A DNA stretch of 64,000 bases from Patescibacteria group bacterium (GTDB lineage Bacteria; Patescibacteriota; Patescibacteriia; JBDRGY01): positions 59,181-123,180 of the forward strand of contig JBDRGY010000003.1 of the NCBI GenBank assembly GCA_043817315.1, read 5' to 3'. A program made the translations under genes and the position numbers. Numbering within the stretch: the stretch's first letter is position 1; each line of letters begins with the position of its first letter. Under the pieces are notes generated by a model. The model worked only from the letters and a program-made list of their open reading frames with translations, was not told the origin of the DNA and made no database searches. Positions 56,901-64,000 of the stretch are shown in pieces.

Positions 56901-59900
56901 ATCCAATTTGCGAACTGACTGACTACGTCTTAGAATCGCTAATTGATATTCATTCTGAGGGGGTTCCGGTCAGAATGGCTAAAGTAAAAAATATTATATT
57001 TAAAGGTAAAACATGTTCACAGTCACTTGATCTTGATGCCAACCCAGATATAAATGAAATTGTTTCTGATGAGGATACAATTTTTATTTATCCCTCTGAG
57101 CCAGCGCTACCTGCCTGTGATAATCTCTATTACCCAATTAAGAAATTGAATTACAATGATGGGGAAAATGGCCCCACGGGCCAAGATACGACTTGGATTG
57201 CGAATATGTGTCCCCCTGAGTGTGATTGGGGTGGTCTGGATATCAAGAGGCCCCTTGCCCAAGCGGACTGTTCAGTCAGCGCAGAAGACCAAAAACCAAA
57301 CAGCAGTTTCTGGGATCAATTCATTTCTTCCCTATTTACTATTGAAGAAGTAGTAGCCTCTGAACTGGAATCAGCCTGGCCAGATGATAGAAAAGTGGCT
57401 GAAGGCCAGGTGTTGGGCATTGTTGAGGGAGAAACTCCCAGTATCTTTGAAGAAAACGGCCAGGTGAGAATTGACGGACAAAGAGGCAGCTATGCTCATA
57501 TTGAGATTGGTACAGGCCGGGTGACCACACCCGATACCTTAGTGCTGGAAGGGAAGATAAAAACCGTCGAGGATGTTGATGAGGCTTATCAGGAAGACGA
57601 ACTGGCCATGGGCCTGGCCCTGTACTGGGATCAGAATAATTGGGCCCAGATAAGGCAGCGTACTCTCGGCGGCAATCAATGGGTGATTACCCAAATGGTT
57701 GACGGAACTCCTACCGATACCACCAATGTGGCCTGGGGCTTTAATTTAAATCAATACTATTGTGTCAATGTAAATTTAGACAGGGCCGACATCGTGTATT
57801 CAATAGCTCCCACTATTGGTGATTCAGAATCCTGTGACCAGATAGAAGAATCTTGGACCGAATTGGCCACCATAGCGCGACCGCTGGCTGAATTCAACCC
57901 CAAGCCGTCCAAAATCATTGTGGGCAAAGGAACAGGAACGGCTGATCCTAATCTGGATAATGTGGGTACTCCGACCAATGAGGTAAATACATATTACGCT
58001 GATGATATTTTAGTAAGAGGAACAGCTGATCCAGAAGCCGGGGTGACTATGGCCGGTGACTTACCCGACGAAGCGGTATTGATTACCGGAGGTCATGGAG
58101 GAACTTATAACGGAGATGAGGCCTTGTCAGTTGAAGTATCAGACAAAACTTTCCTCTATTATCCAGACTTTACTGGTTCAGGCAATGACAGCTTGGGAGA
58201 GAGGGGCACTACCTTGCCTGGAGGGCCGCGTACCCATCATACAGCAACCCTGTTATCTGACGGAACAATATATATCGCCGGTGGCTACTATTCTTTGAAT
58301 ACAGCCACAGATGCCCTGCAATCTACTTTAATTTACAATCCAGACGATGATACTTTTAGCAACGGTCCTGATTTGCCGACCACAGGCAGAGCTAATCATA
58401 CAGCTGTCGCCTTGTCCGGTAATCAGGTTTTGATAATCGGGGGAAATAGTAAAATGGAAGATGATTCATTGAATAGTGCAGTGCTGATTGATTTTGATGC
58501 CCCGGTAAGTGTTAGTGAGATAGGGAATATTGGAGGGGCTCGCAGTTATCACACAGCTACTCTTTTGCCCGATGACAGTATTTTAATAGCTGGCGGAATA
58601 AATTTAGACAAAAATCAAGTGATGGGTGGAAATGTTTTAAATAGCACAGTGGTATACGATAGTGGGGATTTTAATGACGGACCCGATCTTTCTCGTCCTC
58701 GCTTCCATCACACAGCTACTTTGACCAATGATGGGAGTGAAGTGTTATTGATCGGTGGTGAGACTTTGCGACATTACCAAATCGGTGAGATAGACCGTTA
58801 TCTGGTGGCCAGTAATACAGTCAGTGATAGCCATCCGGCCCTGTATCGTCACCGAACGCATCATCAGGCTGTTTTGGCAGATTCCATTGAAGGAACCGAG
58901 GACCAATACAATGTTTATGTCTTTGGCGGTCTCTACGGTTGGCAAGGAATTCAAGATGAAACATTTCTATTCCAGGAAGCGGCCATGGAAGTACAAAGCA
59001 GCGAGATGGTAGTCAATCTCAACGCCGATTTACTGGATTCATACGACAGTGATGATTTCGTGTTAATCAGTCAAGTGGGAGAGGAATATGTGGTAGGTCA
59101 GAATCCAGCCAGTTGGCAGCCACAGAGTGGTAGTCTGCGCGTTGATCAATTAAGTCAAATAAGTTACAACTCAGATGACAGCTTGGGAGGGATAGAGGCG
59201 GTCAGTTCAGCAAGCACCGTGCCGGCTGTGACCGTAACCCATACTGGTGCCGGTGATGCTAGTAAAGCCCTAGAGGTTAAGGCAGAACCGGGAGGGGTTG
59301 GCTATACCACTTACGGTATTTATGCCCAGGCTGGTAGTGGAGTCGGAGATCATTTCGCTGCTTATTTCGGTGGCCAGGTTTTCTTAGACAGTACCGGACC
59401 TCTGACTATTCAATCCAATACTCAAGTGGCCAATCTTAATGTCGATAAGCTGGACGGTTTTCATATTGACGATTTCATCTTAACTAAAGATTTGGCTCAA
59501 TACGCCAAATTTGACCAATCAGGTTTAGAGCAGACCGGCAACATTCATGTTTCCAACATCGCCAAATTTACGGAAGATACCATTTCTCCCACCCTTAATA
59601 TAACCAACAAGCCCTCGGCCTATTCTTACGCCTCAGAAGGAGTGGAAACGACAGGTGGCCTTTATGCCCTCAGGGCTATTGGCGGCACTGCTGCAGGCAC
59701 CAACTACGCAGGGTATTTCGAGGGTGATGTTAAAGTGACTGAAGATTTATACGTAACCGGCGGCAAGCTAATTTTTGAAGGATCGCCGGCAGCCGGCAGC
59801 AGCTCCATAGCAGCGGGCAATAATTGTTCTGATACCATTTCTCCAGAAGGATTTGATGCAGAGGCACACGTGATGATCACGGTAACCGATTTTGGAACTG

Positions 59901-60019
59901 ATTCCAATAATTATAACGTCAGAGTCAATCAATTGGCTTCTGATTTTGAGGTCTGTACTTTTGGGGACAGTGGCAACCCGGCTGTTAACTTTGATTATCT
60001 GATCGTTAAATCACTATAA
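53915..60019 (+). CDS. Fibre-like surface protein (2034 aa) with Kelch repeats and nested DUF2341-like and Ig-like inserts
   Basis: Same scaffold, HTAT Kelch repeats, WW...R...DDLRIV...YFLYYGN, NLNADLLD and NLNVDKLDG. Confidence 0.75.
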   Translation: MTRLIKTEKIATCSLLIAFCSLAVVLYVGAQSDSRFWSDPHPGQPTASPEEGAPLTTSAADQTKSGHLTVGEEVTGTGLISNDRVDIGPLLDCDQTTETCYGDINLGSGGSVDLAEDLEVDANQEKLLRVSGSGNKVGILTDPTTYELDVAGETYIKSPNNSDKNALKVNTGDGTGLSGEITFNSDSYFAVQGEGGDRNGGGIYAEGGSADSGSNTYAIKAEPGSGCAGNCWAAYFRGRLKIETGFREGDSDNYQRIYHTATKLNDGKVLFIGGLDGEDFVPNRGVYYYVRRITYFDPISQQFGDGPYLQVPRSHHTANLLGNDVLVAGGYKWENTEPSFANMESTDSVEMCNTGTCLQIDTLDQARANHTATTANNEVVIIGGDSKVGDQYLALNTIEHCNATTCISPGVNLITARTEHTATLLDNGLILIAGGKSSENNYLNSTELYDPLNHTIAQGPSFTDARADHTATKLDDGRVFIAGGYRETGNSIFGTHYNSSVIYSPGGGVGSFNDGPTMLLARSQHTATLLSGGQVMILGGENDAKASTKDTNEIFNPNDNTISEGPALLGYRMGHTATLLDSGEVLVGGGRSDFFDGSTVWQKTEYFSTLSDDFSLLSSETTTHSYAADQRATLLSDGTVLLTGGRRFPYRWIRDLPSNNEYTASVFDPPTDTFRNLDAADNDLDKLGYHTATAATFASKWWSSGEGYPARERLMVTNRDIEDLPPGYVATLALPRAEWDDKLLDDEYDDLRIVYYNQNDGFWLDLNRHVVATDDTLYVYFRLIDLIGIGDTMSDTRYFLYYGNAEADTAPANKSAVYDIWADFEEGIDPDDWATDIYSGPQGTLGIDSIDSDNSSLTLSHGDPAGVEDVDKKTHTTTITVKVVDQVDSPVGGAIVTITCSRGGSDCTDDVFLSGNSDDSNGSGNAEFTFTAPWADTDEISYGYTIVGDYSFTATATHPSYQGEPSIGPSTLITTNQPTIDNVNIQGPIFAADCVYPICELTDYVLESLIDIHSEGVPVRMAKVKNIIFKGKTCSQSLDLDANPDINEIVSDEDTIFIYPSEPALPACDNLYYPIKKLNYNDGENGPTGQDTTWIANMCPPECDWGGLDIKRPLAQADCSVSAEDQKPNSSFWDQFISSLFTIEEVVASELESAWPDDRKVAEGQVLGIVEGETPSIFEENGQVRIDGQRGSYAHIEIGTGRVTTPDTLVLEGKIKTVEDVDEAYQEDELAMGLALYWDQNNWAQIRQRTLGGNQWVITQMVDGTPTDTTNVAWGFNLNQYYCVNVNLDRADIVYSIAPTIGDSESCDQIEESWTELATIARPLAEFNPKPSKIIVGKGTGTADPNLDNVGTPTNEVNTYYADDILVRGTADPEAGVTMAGDLPDEAVLITGGHGGTYNGDEALSVEVSDKTFLYYPDFTGSGNDSLGERGTTLPGGPRTHHTATLLSDGTIYIAGGYYSLNTATDALQSTLIYNPDDDTFSNGPDLPTTGRANHTAVALSGNQVLIIGGNSKMEDDSLNSAVLIDFDAPVSVSEIGNIGGARSYHTATLLPDDSILIAGGINLDKNQVMGGNVLNSTVVYDSGDFNDGPDLSRPRFHHTATLTNDGSEVLLIGGETLRHYQIGEIDRYLVASNTVSDSHPALYRHRTHHQAVLADSIEGTEDQYNVYVFGGLYGWQGIQDETFLFQEAAMEVQSSEMVVNLNADLLDSYDSDDFVLISQVGEEYVVGQNPASWQPQSGSLRVDQLSQISYNSDDSLGGIEAVSSASTVPAVTVTHTGAGDASKALEVKAEPGGVGYTTYGIYAQAGSGVGDHFAAYFGGQVFLDSTGPLTIQSNTQVANLNVDKLDGFHIDDFILTKDLAQYAKFDQSGLEQTGNIHVSNIAKFTEDTISPTLNITNKPSAYSYASEGVETTGGLYALRAIGGTAAGTNYAGYFEGDVKVTEDLYVTGGKLIFEGSPAAGSSSIAAGNNCSDTISPEGFDAEAHVMITVTDFGTDSNNYNVRVNQLASDFEVCTFGDSGNPAVNFDYLIVKSL

Positions 60020-60041
60020 TTATTATTTATTTTTCAAAACT

Positions 60042-61325
60042 ATGAAACAAGCCAAACAAGAATTATTAAGAGCCACTTTAATCAGTGTGGCAGTGCTCAG
60101 CATAGCCGGGTTTATACTAGGTTTGGGGTCTTTCGTGGCCGAGGCCTGGACTCCGCCCGCCGGCTCTCCTCCGACAGGCGGTGACATTGCTGCTCCCCTG
60201 AATGTCAGCAACAGCGCTCAGCTGAAGATCGGCCCAGTTACTGTTGATCCAACAGATACCCAGGGGGTAGTAACCCAAAATTCCCTGTCAATCTACGGCA
60301 ACAATGCCAACTCCAGCCTATATGTGGAACAGAGTGGAGGTGGTTGGGCTACTATTTTGTCAGGCGATGTTCACGTCGGTCCTTTTGCTGGCGGCGGCCA
60401 ACTTTGTCTCAATTCTGGTTACACTAAAGGAGTGGCCGTGCCAGAATGTATTACCAGTTGGGCCGAAGTAGGTGGCGGTGGTAGCACTCTGTGGCAGGAA
60501 ACCGGAAACTTTTTACATCCTTTAAACACTCCAAAATCAGTAGCGGCCGATGCTCATATTATTTCAGGCTATAGCGCAGGTGGTGACATCAGAGTCTGGC
60601 GCGATGGAGCCTGTAATGACGGTGAATGCCGAGCCCTGGTAAATCCCAGGGGAATACTTAGCAATAACTACAATGATTATCTGATAATCAACTATGATGA
60701 TGCGGGCCTTGGTCTGGGTGATTATGATAAGGGTGTATTGATCCCTGGCAAGCTTAATGTTGGGGGTATTCAAGGGGTGCCAGCCACTGATATGACCACT
60801 GCGTCTTTCTTTAGCACCTCTCAATCATCTATCATCAATCCGGATTCTGCCATCTACGCCCAGCAGAATGACCCGGTAGAGGGCTGGGCTGGCTTTTTCT
60901 CAGGCGATGTAGCCATTAGCGGTGGTCTCTACATGACTGGTAGCGTTTATGCAGTCGAAGGAGATCTGAATGCCTCGCGCGGTGGCGGTGGTAAGCTAGG
61001 TAAACTGTTTGCCGGTAATTTTAATGGCAATGTCTATGTAGGTAATGAAACTCAAGACGCCGAACTATGTCTCAATGGCACAGATGATGGCGCCAATTGT
61101 ATTCAGAGCTTTATACCGGATGCCTTTCAATGCAACAGGGGTACTGGCAGCTGTGGAGTGGCTGCTCAGTCGTCCTGCAACGATAAATGCCAAAACGCCA
61201 CTGACCCCGGTCCTGGTTTCTGTGTTTCCGCCTGGGTGGAAAATAAGGGATTACAAAATTTCAATTGTGATGATACGGCGACGCCAGTTGGCACCATTTA
61301 TTGCAATTGCTTACGCTTTGATTAA
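60042..61325 (+). CDS. Fibre-like surface protein with Cys-rich tip
   Basis: AWTPP...P..G...APLNV....Q.K.G motif, two LCLN...CI.S motifs, C-terminal Cys cluster. Confidence 0.65.
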   Translation: MKQAKQELLRATLISVAVLSIAGFILGLGSFVAEAWTPPAGSPPTGGDIAAPLNVSNSAQLKIGPVTVDPTDTQGVVTQNSLSIYGNNANSSLYVEQSGGGWATILSGDVHVGPFAGGGQLCLNSGYTKGVAVPECITSWAEVGGGGSTLWQETGNFLHPLNTPKSVAADAHIISGYSAGGDIRVWRDGACNDGECRALVNPRGILSNNYNDYLIINYDDAGLGLGDYDKGVLIPGKLNVGGIQGVPATDMTTASFFSTSQSSIINPDSAIYAQQNDPVEGWAGFFSGDVAISGGLYMTGSVYAVEGDLNASRGGGGKLGKLFAGNFNGNVYVGNETQDAELCLNGTDDGANCIQSFIPDAFQCNRGTGSCGVAAQSSCNDKCQNATDPGPGFCVSAWVENKGLQNFNCDDTATPVGTIYCNCLRFD

Positions 61326-61350
61326 TAAATAACATTAATAAAAAAGAAAA

Positions 61351-63039
61351 ATGATGAGAAAACCAATCAATCCGAAAAAGACACTATGGGTAATTATTAT
61401 CCTGCTGGTCTTGGGAATCGCCTTTCAGCTGGTCAATTACCAATTGGGCAAAGTTAAAGTTGTCCTATACGGGACAAGCACGGACTCTGTCACTTTACAA
61501 GTAGAGAATATTTTGTCTGATTTGCAGACAAAATTTGGCTCTCGCCTCAATGTAGAAATTCATTTAGCGGGCCGGTTGTTAGAAGACGGTACTATCCAAA
61601 GTTATCAAACTACTTCAGCAGAAGCGGCTGCTTATGACATCGAAGAGAATATCCGCCAAGCGGTGATAAAAAATCTTTACCCCAATCAATATGCCGATTA
61701 TCTACAGGTGCGTAATACGGACGTGACCAACACCAATTGGCAGTATTTCGCTGAATTTGCCAAGATTAATGCCGACAAGATTTCGGAACAAATAGATTTA
61801 GAAGGAGAAGCTTTATTCAGAGAAGAAATTGCCAAGTTTGAAGAGGTCCGCCAAGACTTACCGATTAACGCCAATACTTTGCCGTTACTCTATATTAATG
61901 ATCAATTGTATAAAGGTTCAGTTGACCATTTTTCCCTGTCAGCTGCTGTAGTCAAACCGATTTTAAGAGGTTGGAAGAGTAAATTGTCAGAAAGTGGTAA
62001 AACCTCTTGGTTTGGAGGAGCTATCACTTTCAGATCCTTTTCAAAATTCCAGCATAACGGAGTTTCTGAATGCTATAACAACTTAGATTGCGACGATAAA
62101 AATGATTACGTGGGTACTTGCCGAGATGTCGGTACTGATATTGCCAGATGTGTGTACACCGAACCGGCTGAAGTACAGTTAACTGTCTTAAATGATGAAG
62201 ACTGTGCTACCTGTGATACTGAATTTACCATAGCTAACTTGCAAGCTGATTTTAAAGGATTATCGGCAAACGAAATTGATGTTTCTTCCAAAGAAGGGGA
62301 GCAGTTAAAGGAAGATTTGGGAGTAAGGGCTTTGCCAGTCTATCTGTTTGGTGAAGAGGTAGAGCAGGCCAGTAATTTTGACCTTTATGCCCAGGTTGGC
62401 TATCTGGGGCAGGTGACCGAATCAGGTGACTACAAGTACACCTTGGTCCAGTCTGGAATTCCTGGGGTGCTCTTGGAAAGAGAACTGGCAGAAAACCAGT
62501 TAGATATCTTTGTAATGAGTCAATGTCCTTATTCGGTCGCTCTGGAAAATTCTCTGATTGCCTTGGCCCAGGATATCAATTTTGACCTCAACGTTCACTA
62601 CGTCCTACAAGGCGAAACGGATGCCGAAGGCAATGTTAGCTTGAAGATGGCCTCGCTGGGCGGGGAAGCGGAATACAATGAAGATATCAGGCAGTTGGTC
62701 ATCCAGAAGTATTATGCAGATAAATTCCTTGATTACCTGGAAGAGCGTAATAAAGATGTGACCAGTGAAGACTGGCAGTCGGTAGCCATGGCAGTTGGAA
62801 TCGATGCAGCTGATGTAGCGGCCAAAGCGACGGCAGAGGGTGAAGACCTGCTTAAGGCTGATGCCCAAACCGCCTTGGGACTGGGAATAAATTCGGCACC
62901 GGCTTATCTGTGGCAGAACCGCTATTTCGGCTTTGGGGTAACCAATCTAATTCAATTTGATAAGTTTAGTGATTTAGAAATTAGAGCGGAGGACATGGGT
63001 TATTGTATCAACCCTCAAGATGGGACTAGTCAAGAATAA
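61351..63039 (+). CDS. Membrane-anchored multi-domain thioredoxin/DsbA-like protein
   Basis: TM anchor; internally duplicated domain (EENIRQ / NEDIRQ); LNDEDCATC; FVMSQCPYS; cis-Pro-type LP/AP motifs. Confidence 0.7.
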   Translation: MMRKPINPKKTLWVIIILLVLGIAFQLVNYQLGKVKVVLYGTSTDSVTLQVENILSDLQTKFGSRLNVEIHLAGRLLEDGTIQSYQTTSAEAAAYDIEENIRQAVIKNLYPNQYADYLQVRNTDVTNTNWQYFAEFAKINADKISEQIDLEGEALFREEIAKFEEVRQDLPINANTLPLLYINDQLYKGSVDHFSLSAAVVKPILRGWKSKLSESGKTSWFGGAITFRSFSKFQHNGVSECYNNLDCDDKNDYVGTCRDVGTDIARCVYTEPAEVQLTVLNDEDCATCDTEFTIANLQADFKGLSANEIDVSSKEGEQLKEDLGVRALPVYLFGEEVEQASNFDLYAQVGYLGQVTESGDYKYTLVQSGIPGVLLERELAENQLDIFVMSQCPYSVALENSLIALAQDINFDLNVHYVLQGETDAEGNVSLKMASLGGEAEYNEDIRQLVIQKYYADKFLDYLEERNKDVTSEDWQSVAMAVGIDAADVAAKATAEGEDLLKADAQTALGLGINSAPAYLWQNRYFGFGVTNLIQFDKFSDLEIRAEDMGYCINPQDGTSQE

Positions 63040-64000
63040 AAAACTTAATCTAGTAATTTCCGGATCTATTGTAGTCATCCTGTTGTTTTGCTTTGCCAGT
63101 TTTCAGCCAGGTTCTGTGCAGTCGGCTATGGACGACGACATTACCGGCTTTGCCTGGTTTGGCGCAAACTGTATCCCCGGAGAGGATTGTAATACCACAA
63201 ATACCGGGGCTATCGGCTGGATCAGCATGAATTGTTATCAGCCAGGCGTTTTTGACGAATGTGGCGGACTTTTCGGCTACGGTGTTGATATCGGACCACC
63301 TAGTGGTGGCATCAGAGACATCACTGGGTATGCCTGGATCGGGACCGGGGACCCCACTAAAGAGTCAGAAGCTCATCCTATTGGTTGGATCAATTTTGAC
63401 GAATACCCTATCGTTGATTGGGATTTGGCTGATTATACAGATGCCCATGTTGATGCTGCCGGTAACATGTACGGTTGGGCCCGGATCCATAGTATCGCGG
63501 AAGATCTGTCGGCTGATAATGGCTGGATACGTTTTCGCTGTGAGGCGGCTGAGTGTGGAGCCAATAGCTATGGAGTTACTATAGATCTGGATACCGGTGA
63601 TTTTCTAGACGGTTCTTTTGCCTGGGCCGGTCATCATGATGAAGGGGGGTTAGGCTGGATTGACTTTAGTGGAGTAGCTATTACCGGTGGTAAGCCGGTT
63701 TTAGTGGTTCAGGAAACTGATTTGGGCCCCACTGCTCCGGCAGAAGCTGATTCTTACGTCCGTCTGCAGTGTGCGGCAACTTTTGTGCCATTAGGTTCAA
63801 ACAATTTCACTGTGTTTGAATACAAAAAAGCTTCAGATTCTAGCTGGTCGTCAATGATTACCGGTACGGAGGGTTATAGTGGAACACCTATCAATTATAA
63901 TTGGTGGGATTGGAGTTCTTCAGGCATTGAAGTTGCTGGTGACACTGAAGATTATGAAATGCGCTGCCGGGTCTGCGCCCAGGAAGCTAATTGTACCGAG
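63020..64000 (+). CDS. Secreted CPR-type G(F/Y)AW...IGWI repeat protein (truncated by the window end)
   Basis: Open frame from the ATG at 63020 (absent from the track, so no stop in the window). Signal peptide, then TGFAW..IGWISMNC, TGYAW..IGWINF, YGWA..GWIRF and FAW..GLGWIDF. Confidence 0.75.
   Translation, partial: MGLVKNKKLNLVISGSIVVILLFCFASFQPGSVQSAMDDDITGFAWFGANCIPGEDCNTTNTGAIGWISMNCYQPGVFDECGGLFGYGVDIGPPSGGIRDITGYAWIGTGDPTKESEAHPIGWINFDEYPIVDWDLADYTDAHVDAAGNMYGWARIHSIAEDLSADNGWIRFRCEAAECGANSYGVTIDLDTGDFLDGSFAWAGHHDEGGLGWIDFSGVAITGGKPVLVVQETDLGPTAPAEADSYVRLQCAATFVPLGSNNFTVFEYKKASDSSWSSMITGTEGYSGTPINYNWWDWSSSGIEVAGDTEDYEMRCRVCAQEANCTE

Noticed and set aside
47346-61325. Prophage tail-fibre cluster
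   Set aside because: All four proteins have N-terminal signal/TM segments, and no capsid, terminase, portal or integrase genes are present.
1-64000. CRISPR array or IS transposase
   Set aside because: No regularly spaced 25-45 nt direct repeats and no DDE, HUH or serine/tyrosine recombinase ORF was recognised.

Overview
This is a chromosomal window from a small-genome bacterium, most likely Patescibacteria/CPR (Parcubacteria/ABY1-like). That assignment is inferred from gene content and protein motifs; the genetic code is standard code 11. Housekeeping genes (leuS, tsaC, rsmA, prs, radA, mpg, recG, tyrS, comF, clpC, htpX, lemA, three tRNAs) are interleaved with two large cell-surface loci. 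(1) About 5.6-33.5 kb: a CPR-type T4SS/conjugation-like locus with no relaxase in the window. It has VirB6-like, PrgI/VirB3-like, VirB4 and VirB8-like genes, a 3162-aa cysteine-rich giant protein, and twin VirB2-like pilins with an identical 78-aa core; one pilin ends in a putative zinc-peptidase domain. (2) About 47.3-64 kb: an operon of fibre-like surface proteins. Three paralogues share one scaffold into which Kelch propellers and DUF2341-like domains are nested, followed by a three-domain thioredoxin-fold protein. Several transposase-free mini-cassettes are also visible: a four-helix-bundle gene between inverted heptamer arrays, a GIY-YIG gene between covarying REP-like hairpins, and a second GIY-YIG gene between a duplicated, hairpin-interrupted tRNA-Ser 5' fragment and the intact tRNA. 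All annotations come from reading motifs by eye; no searches were run.
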